Virus record (IMG/VR): IMGVR_UViG_3300033153_003791
Location: 1 to 36,608 of that record
Origin: a virus
Taxonomy: Duplodnaviria; Caudoviricetes
DNA: 36,608 nucleotides
Strand: one strand, 5' to 3'
Shown one piece after another: positions 8,271 to 16,654 of this stretch (within the stretch, counting starts at the first letter, position 1; every line of letters starts with the position of its first letter). Made by a program: the position numbers and the translations under genes. The notes under the pieces are model-generated. The model was not told the DNA's origin and did not search any database. It saw only the letters and a list, made by a program, of their open reading frames with translations.

Positions 8271-8609
8271 ATGCAAAAAGATTTACTACTCGATATACAG
8301 AGAAAAGTCTTAGGTGGCTACATAAATGCTGAAGAATTTGGAAATAAAGAGATTTTAGAAACTTCACTAGAAGAAGCACTTTTTGATCTAACTATTCACA
8401 AAGCAGTTGCCAGAGCTTGTAAGAAACTGAAAGAGGATGAAGTTCCAGTAACTGAATATACAGTATTAGAATTTCTTCAAAAACATAATCTGCCAAAAGG
8501 TATTTCTCAAGAGACAGAGTATTTACATTTAATGACAGAATGGGCAATTACTCTTGCATCTTTTAAGCATTATATTTCAATGATAATGCAACATAAAATG
8601 GAAAATTAA
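8271..8609 (+). CDS. Stand-alone DnaB helicase N-terminal-like domain
   Basis: Pattern LFxxxIHKAVxxAxxxL..EVPVxxxTV..L...YL..M...F.HYI as in the DnaB N-domain. Confidence 0.6.
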   Translation: MQKDLLLDIQRKVLGGYINAEEFGNKEILETSLEEALFDLTIHKAVARACKKLKEDEVPVTEYTVLEFLQKHNLPKGISQETEYLHLMTEWAITLASFKHYISMIMQHKMEN

Positions 8610-8611
8610 TT

Positions 8612-9226
8612 ATGAAAAAATCATTTTTAATTCATATTGATTCTCTTTGTGTATTAGAAGAGTTATCAAACGAACAGAGAGGCGAACTTTTTTATGCTAT
8701 TTATTCTTATCAAAAAGACATCGAAATTGAACTAAGCTCTATTGTAAAGATTGCTTTTTCTCAATTTAAAAATCAGTTTATAAGAGATGACGAAAAATAC
8801 GAAAAGACCGTTGAAGCCCGTAGACAAGCAGGAGCAATGGGCGGAAAGCAAAGAGTAGCAAATCAAGCAAATGCTACCAATAGCAAACAAACTAAAGCAA
8901 ATCAAGCAGTAAATAAGAATAAGAAAGATAATAAGAATAAGAGTGATAATGACTTTATTATGTTTTGGAGTGCATATCCAAAAAAACAATCTAAAGAAGC
9001 TGCTAAAAAATCATTTAGTAAAATATACAGAGAGTTGCCTAGTATAAACTCTTTAGTTGAAATAATAAAACTTAACTCTCTTTCAGAGTCGTGGAGAAAA
9101 GATAACGGCAAATTTATACCAATGGCTTCTACTTGGCTAAATAACAAAAGATGGACTGACGAAATAGCACCTATGGAACAAGAGCCATTATGTGATGCTG
9201 ATTACTGGGGAGGCTCAAATGGTTGA
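8612..9226 (+). CDS. Replication initiator (DUF6291-like N-term; FWxAYPKK...FIPxxSTWLN C-term)
   Basis: MKKSF..LSNEQRGELFxAI N-terminus and typical phage replisome-organiser C-terminus. Confidence 0.85.
   Translation: MKKSFLIHIDSLCVLEELSNEQRGELFYAIYSYQKDIEIELSSIVKIAFSQFKNQFIRDDEKYEKTVEARRQAGAMGGKQRVANQANATNSKQTKANQAVNKNKKDNKNKSDNDFIMFWSAYPKKQSKEAAKKSFSKIYRELPSINSLVEIIKLNSLSESWRKDNGKFIPMASTWLNNKRWTDEIAPMEQEPLCDADYWGGSNG
8847..8941. repeat. Iteron-like repeats and A-rich tract (probable origin)
   Basis: AGCAAATCAAGCA at 8857 and 8896, five AGCAAA copies, then AATAAGAATAAG x2, all inside the initiator linker. Confidence 0.6.
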
Positions 9227-10163
9227 GATATTAAAACTTAAAGAAGAACTAGAAGCAAAAATAAGATCACTCTATGTTGATTTTGATAATGCAGATGGGG
9301 CAGACAAGTGGAAGATTGAATCACAACTACTTGAAAAAAAGGTAGAGCTAAACAAGCTTAGAAGAAATAACAAAATAGCAACTAAGGCTATAAGTGCTTT
9401 TGAATTAATCAAAGATGTAGAAAGTAGACCATCAATACCAAGATATGAAACCGGAGTAGTTCCACTAGATAGAGTTTTAAACGGTGGTATTGAAATCGGC
9501 AGCTTTATACAACTAGCAGGAGCAAGTTTTGCAGGTAAGACACATATTGTTATTGAAATACTTAGCAATATAGCAAACTACAAAAAAGTAATGTTTTTTA
9601 ATTTTGAAATGGGCGATAGAAGAATTGCTAATAGATTTTCAAAAACACTTCTTACAGATGACGCAAGAAAAAATATGATGATTCACAATGACGATAGAGA
9701 GCTATCACACATCGTTGATGAAATATTAAGTGCTTCAAAAAAAGGTGTTAAGTTTTTTGCGATTGACTCAAAAATGAAAATAGAAGTTGGAGAAGAAAAA
9801 GAAGATCACAAAAAGTTTTCAAAGATTTCATCAACTTTTTCTAAACTTACTCAAGAGAATGAAATTATTATATTCTTAATTAATCAAGTAAGTGAAGATG
9901 ATGATAAAACAGGGCGAATGGCATTCAAAGGAAGCGGCGATCAATTATATGATACAGACTTAGCATTGTTTTACTACTTGGATAAAAAGAATCCTAAAGC
10001 AAGAAATCTTATTTGCAGAAAAAATAGACAAGATGAAAATAACTTCTCTTTGTCGTTGAGGTTAGATATGTACGGAAAGACTGTTTTAAACGGAAATACT
10101 TACAATGTTGAAGAAACAGTCTATGAGCATAGCGATAATGTTTCTATGCCAACTATGAGGTGA
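9219..10163 (+). CDS. RecA-fold/DnaB-like helicase ATPase
   Basis: TGxxxLDxxLxGG, Walker A GASFAGKT, FNFEM, Walker B FAIDS, LINQ, KNRQ. Confidence 0.85.
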   Translation: MVEILKLKEELEAKIRSLYVDFDNADGADKWKIESQLLEKKVELNKLRRNNKIATKAISAFELIKDVESRPSIPRYETGVVPLDRVLNGGIEIGSFIQLAGASFAGKTHIVIEILSNIANYKKVMFFNFEMGDRRIANRFSKTLLTDDARKNMMIHNDDRELSHIVDEILSASKKGVKFFAIDSKMKIEVGEEKEDHKKFSKISSTFSKLTQENEIIIFLINQVSEDDDKTGRMAFKGSGDQLYDTDLALFYYLDKKNPKARNLICRKNRQDENNFSLSLRLDMYGKTVLNGNTYNVEETVYEHSDNVSMPTMR

Positions 10164-10166
10164 TAA

Positions 10167-10496
10167 ATGAGTATTAAATATAATAGATACCAAGAGTATT
10201 TAAAATCAGGCGAATGGAAATTCAAAAAAGCTTTAAAACTCAAGCAAGCTAATTTTACTTGTGAGGGTTGTGGTGGGAAAAAGGGAGCGATGGAAGTGCA
10301 TCATTTAACATACGATAGAATAGGGATGGAGTTATTAACTGATTTAGCCGCATATTGTGTAGATTGCCATAAGATTGCTCACTGCAAAGTTGAACCAAGC
10401 AACTGGTATAACTACTGCACAGAGTATACAAACGAAAGACCGAAAGAAAAATTAAAAGAGGACATAGAATGGGAAATAAAGATAAATTCAATATAG
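10167..10496 (+). CDS. HNH endonuclease
   Basis: YQEYLKSxEW, CEGC, EVHHLTY, CVDCHxxxH. Confidence 0.9.
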   Translation: MSIKYNRYQEYLKSGEWKFKKALKLKQANFTCEGCGGKKGAMEVHHLTYDRIGMELLTDLAAYCVDCHKIAHCKVEPSNWYNYCTEYTNERPKEKLKEDIEWEIKINSI

Positions 10497-10575
10497 CGTT
10501 TAAAAATGCGGTGGAATATTCGCAAAGTTACACAGGTGCAATCGAATGTTCAAAAGTTCAAAAAATGATTGGTTC

Positions 10576-10617
10576 TTGATTTGCATCAAGGAAGTGAATT
10601 TCGATAGTTGTTATAAT
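10576..10617 (+). promoter_or_regulatory. Class II FNR/Crp-type promoter
   Basis: TTGAT-TTGC-ATCAA (10576-89), 19-nt spacer, TGT-TATAAT (10609-17). Confidence 0.78.
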
Positions 10618-10699
10618 GTTGAAAAGTGTCTCATAGAGATATAAACATAAGTTGCCATAAGTATGCTTAAGCAACTCACAATTACCCAAGGATATTAAA

Positions 10700-10906
10700 A
10701 TGGAATTAGACATTAAATTAGATAATTCATATATGACTATTTCAAAAACATACAATGCTGAATTACATATTCAAATGACTACAGATATTGACGATGTGAA
10801 ACAAATTTTAAATAGTATTTATGATGTTATGAATATGGATGATTTTATATCAACATTAAATGATGACCAAATGCAAGAAATTTCAGAACACTACAAGAAG
10901 GCATAA
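10700..10906 (+). CDS. Hypothetical acidic protein
   Basis: AAGGA RBS; first gene after the promoter. Confidence 0.7.
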   Translation: MELDIKLDNSYMTISKTYNAELHIQMTTDIDDVKQILNSIYDVMNMDDFISTLNDDQMQEISEHYKKA

Positions 10907-10907
10907 G

Positions 10908-11228
10908 ATGAAAAGACAATATGCAAAAGATTTAAAATGGTTATATCCTGAATATAGTATCGAAACTATAGAGGACTGTAATAAAGCAATAACCCTTGAT
11001 AATTTCGACTTAATTGTTGATACAATATTTGACGCACATGAAAAAGAATTACAAGAACTTAATCAAACAACTTGTGATTTGTATTCTTTAGTAAGCATAG
11101 ACACTAAAATAAACTTATGTGATACTTGTAGTTTAGAATTTGCCACATGCAAATCAAAAATGGTATTTGGAAATGGATATGGAAATGATAATGTAATTAA
11201 ATGTGACGGGTATAAAAATAATGCCTAA
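10908..11228 (+). CDS. Hypothetical protein with a C-terminal Cys cluster
   Basis: NLCDTC...C...DNVIKC; start at ATG 10908. Confidence 0.7.
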   Translation: MKRQYAKDLKWLYPEYSIETIEDCNKAITLDNFDLIVDTIFDAHEKELQELNQTTCDLYSLVSIDTKINLCDTCSLEFATCKSKMVFGNGYGNDNVIKCDGYKNNA

Positions 11229-11352
11229 CCCTCAAGACCTAATAGAACACTATCTAAAAAAGAAAAGTCCGACTAAGTGCAAAACATCTTACAAAGATAA
11301 ACCGCTTAGTTACAAAACGATTCAGAAAATAATATCAGAGTTAAAAAATTAA
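11221..11352 (+). CDS. Small basic hypothetical protein (43 aa); not in ORF track
   Basis: MPNPQDLIEHYLKKKSPTKC...; overlaps the previous stop. Confidence 0.5.
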   Translation: MPNPQDLIEHYLKKKSPTKCKTSYKDKPLSYKTIQKIISELKN

Positions 11353-11390
11353 TTAGTCAGTAAAGAGATTAGTTATTAAATGATAAGGGA

Positions 11391-12128
11391 ATGAAGATGA
11401 AACTATTATGGTTTAGTTGTGGTGCTACTTCTGCGATTGCTTGTAAAATTGCAATAGATAGATACGGTGCTGACAATGTAAGAGTTTTTTATTTTGAAAT
11501 AAAATCAGCTCATCCTGACAATGAAAGATTCATTAGGGAATGTGAAGAATGGTATGGAGTGAAAATAGAAAGAGCCTCTTCCTCTAAATATAAAGACCAG
11601 TTTGAAGTAATCTCAAAAACAAAATATGTGAATGGTGCAAAAGGTGCAAGGTGTACTGGCGAACTAAAAAGGTCACTTAGAGAGAGAATCCAAGAAGAGG
11701 TAGAAAATAGTGGTCATATATTTGGTTTCGAGTTTACAGAAAAAGAAATAGAAAGGTCAGAGAGATTGCCAAAAGAAATTAATCCTATTTTCCCACTAAT
11801 TGAAGCCAGACTAAATAAAGAGAATTGTTTGGCAATGTTGCAAAATGTAGGAATTGAAATACCAATTATGTATAAACTTGGTTATCCAAACAATAACTGC
11901 ATTGGTTGCGTTAAAGGTGGAATGGGTTATTGGAATGCTATTAGAAATGACTTTCCTGAAACATTTGAAAGAATGGCAAAACTTGAAAGAGTAGTCGGGA
12001 GAAGTTGCATTAAAGATGAAAAAGGTCGTATTTTTTTAGATGAGTTAGCCCCAGACAGAGGGAGAAAGCAAAAGATATTAATTCCTGATTGTGGATTCTT
12101 TTGTGGAGATGAGGGAGAATATATATAA
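11391..12128 (+). CDS. PAPS reductase-like (adenine nucleotide alpha-hydrolase) protein, probably Fe-S
   Basis: WFSCGATSA PP-loop, HPDNxRF, RCTxELK, NNNCIGCVKGG, CGFFC. Confidence 0.85.
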   Translation: MKMKLLWFSCGATSAIACKIAIDRYGADNVRVFYFEIKSAHPDNERFIRECEEWYGVKIERASSSKYKDQFEVISKTKYVNGAKGARCTGELKRSLRERIQEEVENSGHIFGFEFTEKEIERSERLPKEINPIFPLIEARLNKENCLAMLQNVGIEIPIMYKLGYPNNNCIGCVKGGMGYWNAIRNDFPETFERMAKLERVVGRSCIKDEKGRIFLDELAPDRGRKQKILIPDCGFFCGDEGEYI

Positions 12129-12238
12129 TGACACCTCAACAACGTAAAAAACAAAGTCGGCTTAAAAAAGTCCAAATGATGAACAGATATAGAATAAAAG
12201 TTCATCAAGAGTATGTTAGATCACAAAAACTTGATTAA
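12128..12238 (+). CDS. Small basic hypothetical protein (36 aa)
   Basis: TAATG coupling, GGGAG RBS. Confidence 0.5.
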   Translation: MTPQQRKKQSRLKKVQMMNRYRIKVHQEYVRSQKLD

Positions 12239-12272
12239 GGTCAATTACTTCTAGTGTTTATTGTGTTACTAT
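12231..12272 (+). promoter_or_regulatory. Class II FNR/Crp-type promoter (1 mismatch)
   Basis: TTGAT-TAAG-GTCAA (12231-44), 19-nt spacer, TGT-TACTAT (12264-72). Confidence 0.7.
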
Positions 12273-12294
12273 TTTAAAAATTGAGGGAGAGATT

Positions 12295-12645
12295 ATGTGT
12301 TTACAAGAAGATAAGAGAGAAATGGAAAAAGATAGTGAGCCAACAAGTGCAAACAATACACAAGTTGAACCAGAACTCACATATGAAGAAGCAAAGAAGC
12401 CGATACATGGGATAGATGAACAAGGTAAAGTTTATGAGTTAATTGTATTAAGAGTAAAAGTAAATTGGCAAAAAGAATGGTTTGAATTTGGAGTTTTTCA
12501 CTCAGAGGGCTGTGCTTGTGATTTAGAAAGTGCAGACCAAAAAACACTTGAAATTAGTTTTGATAGTGGAGAGACATTCAGAAGTATAAAAGACATAGAA
12601 TGTGCTTTAATCTTATTAGACAACTTAAGAGGGGTTAAACAATGA
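12295..12645 (+). CDS. Hypothetical protein
   Basis: GAGGGAG RBS after the promoter. Confidence 0.7.
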   Translation: MCLQEDKREMEKDSEPTSANNTQVEPELTYEEAKKPIHGIDEQGKVYELIVLRVKVNWQKEWFEFGVFHSEGCACDLESADQKTLEISFDSGETFRSIKDIECALILLDNLRGVKQ

Positions 12646-12854
12646 CTAAATTACAACAGAACAAACTAATAGAAAATATACAAAAGATGGGAACAAGACA
12701 ATTAGAGTCTTTAAAGAGAACCATAAGCATATCAGATGCAAACAGTTTTGTAAAAGACAGATTTATGAAAGCTGTGGATGAAAGAGAAAGCAGACTGATT
12801 AGGATAGATGATGCGGTGGTAGAGATGAGCGAGTTACGAAGTGGAGAAATCTAA
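12642..12854 (+). CDS. Hypothetical protein
   Basis: ATGA overlap, RBS present. Confidence 0.7.
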   Translation: MTKLQQNKLIENIQKMGTRQLESLKRTISISDANSFVKDRFMKAVDERESRLIRIDDAVVEMSELRSGEI

Positions 12855-12914
12855 ACCTCGTAAAGTAGGGCTGTAAATGCCAAAATACCCTATAGTAAAA
12901 CAAAAGGAAAAAAG

Positions 12915-13199
12915 ATGACAAGAAGAGATTTTTTAAAAGGTTTAGTAGTAGCAGGAGTTGTAGCAACAACAGGAGTTTCATTATTTGATGAGATATTGCC
13001 AAAGCTATCTGACTATCCAGGAATAACATATGAGAGAGATTACATAAAAGCCAAAGGTTGCTACTTTCATACAGTACATTTTGAAATAAGTAACACTCAA
13101 TGGGATATATCGGATTTCTCACACGAAAAAGAATTAAAACCTGAAGAGTTAAGTGTTATGCTAGAGAGAGCCAAAGAAGTAGGCTATTTAAAAACATAA
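12915..13199 (+). CDS. Protein with a twin-arginine (Tat) signal peptide
   Basis: MTRRDFLK followed by a hydrophobic h-region; AAGGA RBS. Confidence 0.78.
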   Translation: MTRRDFLKGLVVAGVVATTGVSLFDEILPKLSDYPGITYERDYIKAKGCYFHTVHFEISNTQWDISDFSHEKELKPEELSVMLERAKEVGYLKT

Positions 13200-13208
13200 A
13201 ACACTTTA

Positions 13209-13217
13209 TGGTATAAT
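13209..13217 (+). promoter_or_regulatory. Extended -10 promoter (probably leaderless transcript)
   Basis: TGG-TATAAT ending 7 nt before ATG 13224. Confidence 0.65.
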
Positions 13218-13223
13218 ATGTTT

Positions 13224-13520
13224 ATGAAACTAAAAGCATTTAACAAAAAACAAAACCATACCACAGAAATTAAAGCAATAGACTTTGAAAGCGGTATAGT
13301 AAAACTTGTTAAACCAGACTCCAATCCTATCTTCATATACAAAGAAAAACTAGAAAACATTGACATTTTAGAATATTCAGGTGTAAAGCTTGGAGATGTA
13401 GAGATTTACGAAAAAGATAAAGTTTCAGATGGTGTTAAAACATACGAAGTTGTGAAAGTTCCAGGCGGTTTTTATCCATTTATGAAACCGATTAACAAAA
13501 ACTTCAAAAAGGTTGATTGA
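13224..13520 (+). CDS. YopX family protein
   Basis: MKLKAFNK start, EYSGVKxxxVEIYExD motif. Confidence 0.75.
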   Translation: MKLKAFNKKQNHTTEIKAIDFESGIVKLVKPDSNPIFIYKEKLENIDILEYSGVKLGDVEIYEKDKVSDGVKTYEVVKVPGGFYPFMKPINKNFKKVD

Positions 13521-14329
13521 TGGGTAGCGAAATTTATGGCAACGAAATAAGACTAACTGATGGCTATGGAAACCCGATATCTTCTAGTAGGGGAGCTATT
13601 GATACTCACGATGCTCATGTACACCACGAGATAATAAACAAAGAGTTTAACAGGCATACCGGAACTACTACAACACTAGCAGTTGCAACGGCAGGAGATG
13701 GCACAGAATATCAGATAGAAGTAGCAGATGCCTCTAGTTTCGCAGTAGGAGACAATATCCATATTGGAAATGGGCAACACGAAATAACTCATCCTAAAAT
13801 AATATCAATAGCAACAAATACAATTACATTGGATCGTCGTTTAGATTTAGCCCATCCCATAGGAACACCGCTAGAAAAAGCAATCCTTGATATAAGGTCA
13901 CTTGCAGGGACAATAGCTGATCCAGTTGAGTATTGGGTAGCTCCTCCAGAGGGGGAAGTTTGGCACTTGATGAGGATTTTATTTTCAATGTCTCACGGAA
14001 CAGCAGGAGATTTAGGGAAGTTTGGCGGAATAACTGCTCTTACAAATGGTATATTTATGAGAGCAAGTGTGAGTGGAGGCTTTGGAACTTTCACTAATTG
14101 GAAAACAAACGAAAGCATAAAAACAGATATGTTTGATTTAGTGTTTGACACAAGAAGTGGAGGAGGCGGCGATTATGGTACATCAGGAAGAGGAACTTTT
14201 TTTAAAACTGGTGCGATTGTTCGCTTAGATGGCGATGAGGGTGATAGATTAAGTATTTTTATCCAAGATGATTTAACAGGACTTGATTCTTTCACTATGA
14301 AAGCTCAAGGTCATATTGAGGGGGGATAA
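13517..14329 (+). CDS. Hypothetical beta-rich protein, possibly virion-associated
   Basis: G/T/D-rich 270-aa ORF. Confidence 0.65.
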   Translation: MMGSEIYGNEIRLTDGYGNPISSSRGAIDTHDAHVHHEIINKEFNRHTGTTTTLAVATAGDGTEYQIEVADASSFAVGDNIHIGNGQHEITHPKIISIATNTITLDRRLDLAHPIGTPLEKAILDIRSLAGTIADPVEYWVAPPEGEVWHLMRILFSMSHGTAGDLGKFGGITALTNGIFMRASVSGGFGTFTNWKTNESIKTDMFDLVFDTRSGGGGDYGTSGRGTFFKTGAIVRLDGDEGDRLSIFIQDDLTGLDSFTMKAQGHIEGG

Positions 14330-14662
14330 ATGATAACTTTAATTGACGAAGCAACAACAACCGGAGAAAGTCAAGGCACTTCAATAACTCAAAGCCAAGA
14401 CACAGGACAAGACACTCACTCTTTCCAAGTTGTAACAACAGGAAGCCCTACAGCAGTAACTATTCAAATCTTAGGCACATTAGATGGCTCTAACTACTCA
14501 GAACTATTTGAACACACTTTAACCTCAACAGAAATAGCTAACGGAATATCAATGTTTCATCTTATACGAAAAGCAGTACCAAAAATAAAAGTAAACATCT
14601 CAACATTAACAGGCGGAGTATCGCCAACAGTAAGTGTTTATTACTTTAAAGGCACATTATGA
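14330..14662 (+). CDS. Small beta-sandwich protein, possibly virion decoration
   Basis: T/G-rich; TIQILGTLDGSNY motif. Confidence 0.6.
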   Translation: MITLIDEATTTGESQGTSITQSQDTGQDTHSFQVVTTGSPTAVTIQILGTLDGSNYSELFEHTLTSTEIANGISMFHLIRKAVPKIKVNISTLTGGVSPTVSVYYFKGTL

Positions 14663-14844
14663 TAGTTGAACATATAGGCAAAGACCTAGTTAATGTAATA
14701 CTTGAGACAGAACTTGATGTAATCTTTTGGGATAATACTAAGAAGAAACAAAGGGAAAGTGAAGAAACTATCAAATCGTTGAAGAGAGAGAATAGAGCAT
14801 TAAGAGAAGATCTAAGTTATTTACAATTAAGGAATAAGAAATGA
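14659..14844 (+). CDS. Hypothetical protein with coiled coil
   Basis: ATGA overlaps at both ends. Confidence 0.65.
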   Translation: MIVEHIGKDLVNVILETELDVIFWDNTKKKQRESEETIKSLKRENRALREDLSYLQLRNKK

Positions 14845-15017
14845 TGACTAAATTTTTCCCAATCATTTTTTGGAAGCATAATAAACTGCTTGTATGCCAA
14901 TGCCCTTATGGAGTAGACTACAAAGAAGCAAGAAAAAGAATAGGTGCTTTAGTGAATGTTGAAGAGAAGAAATACAAGTTTAAAATAATGAGAAGTGATG
15001 GCAAAGCTAACAGATAA
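14841..15017 (+). CDS. Hypothetical protein (58 aa); not in ORF track
   Basis: AAGGA RBS; fills the gap before terS. Confidence 0.6.
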   Translation: MMTKFFPIIFWKHNKLLVCQCPYGVDYKEARKRIGALVNVEEKKYKFKIMRSDGKANR

Positions 15018-15378
15018 GCAAGAGGCTTTCGCTATAGAATATAACTTAAATAAAGGCAATGCAAGTGCAGCATACCGTAAATGCTACGACTCTAAAACAG
15101 AGTCCGATGGCTCAATATGGGTACAAGCCCACAAGGTATTGCAAAACTCTAATGTCAGTATAAGGATAGCAGAACTAAGGAAACAGAGGTTTAGTAAGAA
15201 GATTTTGTCTATTGATGAGCGTAAAGTATTACTTTCAGAGTGGGCAGAAGAGGGAGACACTAAATCGGTTGATTTGCTAAACAAAATGGAAGGCGTTTAT
15301 ATCGAGAAGTTAGAAGTCGCAGAGGTAGATGAGGTTAAGTCAGGAATGAAGTCACTATACGAGGAAACCAATGAGTAA
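14998..15378 (+). CDS. terS: Terminase small subunit
   Basis: LTDKQEAFxxEY...NASAAYR; immediately upstream of TerL. Confidence 0.92.
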   Translation: MAKLTDKQEAFAIEYNLNKGNASAAYRKCYDSKTESDGSIWVQAHKVLQNSNVSIRIAELRKQRFSKKILSIDERKVLLSEWAEEGDTKSVDLLNKMEGVYIEKLEVAEVDEVKSGMKSLYEETNE

Positions 15379-16654
15379 ACTTGTCTGTATAGAGGGATTA
15401 AAACCTTTTTGGAAAACACCATCAAGACTAAAGATACTCTATGGTGGTAGAGGTAGCGGTAAAAGTTACTCCGCAGCAACACATACAATGATGGCTTCAA
15501 GAGAGGTCAAACTAAACATACTCTGCCTAAGACAACTTCAAAACTCTATCAGACAATCAATCTACACACTTATCAAAGACTTGATCTATCAAGAGGGATT
15601 ACAAAAAGAGTTCCAGTTCACTATCTCAGAGATAAGACACCACAAAACAGGCTCAACATTCAAGTTTATGGGTATTTCAAGGAATGTCGATGAGATCAAA
15701 TCAACAGAGAATATTGATATTTGCTACATAGAGGAAGCACACGCACTCACTAAAGAGCAATGGGATATAATCAACCCTACTATTCGTAAAGAGCATTCAG
15801 AGATAATCGTACTATTCAATCCACAACACCGCAATGACTTCGTATTCCAAAACTTTGTAGAGAAACCGCAAAGAAACTCAATCATACGCAAGATCAACTA
15901 TGATGAAAATCCTTTCCTCTCAGAAACAATGAAAGAAGTAATAAACGAAGAAAAAGAAAAAGACTACGATGAGTATGAGCATATCTATTTAGGCATACCA
16001 AGAGAGGGTGACGATAGAGCATTATTTGCTTATTCAGATATAGAGAGAGCAATGGATGGCGACTTTATGGGTGTAGATGATACCGGAGTAGAGACACTTG
16101 CAGTAGATGTTGCAAGATATGGTAAAGATAAAAGTGTAATCTCTAAGCGTAAGGGTTACAAGATATACGACATTAAAGAATACAAGGGCTATAGCACAAC
16201 AGAACTTGCAACTACAGTAGATAATGAATTTAGAACAAGACCTTTTGATGGTGTAGCAGTTGATACAATCGGAGTTGGTGCAGGAGTGTATGATAAGCTT
16301 GAGCAAATGGGTGTGAGATGTTTAATAGAAGCAAATGTATCTATGAGAGCAGAAGAAGAAAAAGTCTATCAGAACAAACGCTCAGAGATGTACTTTGGGT
16401 TAAAACACTTTGTAGAGAATGGCGGTAAACTCCCCAACGATAAGGAACTCAAAGAGGAACTACTAGCGATTACTTACTTCTATAATAAGACAAATGGCAA
16501 GATACAATTAGTAGCTAAAGACGACATCAAAGACGAGATAGGTCGCTCACCTGATAAGTCGGATAGTGTAGCACTTCACTTCTTTAGAAAAGTAAGACCT
16601 CGTTCAGTAATGATGCAAGGCTCAGTTCAAGCACAAATGGGATCAGCATGGTAA
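15371..16654 (+). CDS. terL: Terminase large subunit (PBSX family)
   Basis: YGGRGSGKS Walker A, IEEAH, PTIRK, FNP, DVARYGKD, RSPDKSD. Confidence 0.97.
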   Translation: MSKLVCIEGLKPFWKTPSRLKILYGGRGSGKSYSAATHTMMASREVKLNILCLRQLQNSIRQSIYTLIKDLIYQEGLQKEFQFTISEIRHHKTGSTFKFMGISRNVDEIKSTENIDICYIEEAHALTKEQWDIINPTIRKEHSEIIVLFNPQHRNDFVFQNFVEKPQRNSIIRKINYDENPFLSETMKEVINEEKEKDYDEYEHIYLGIPREGDDRALFAYSDIERAMDGDFMGVDDTGVETLAVDVARYGKDKSVISKRKGYKIYDIKEYKGYSTTELATTVDNEFRTRPFDGVAVDTIGVGAGVYDKLEQMGVRCLIEANVSMRAEEEKVYQNKRSEMYFGLKHFVENGGKLPNDKELKEELLAITYFYNKTNGKIQLVAKDDIKDEIGRSPDKSDSVALHFFRKVRPRSVMMQGSVQAQMGSAW

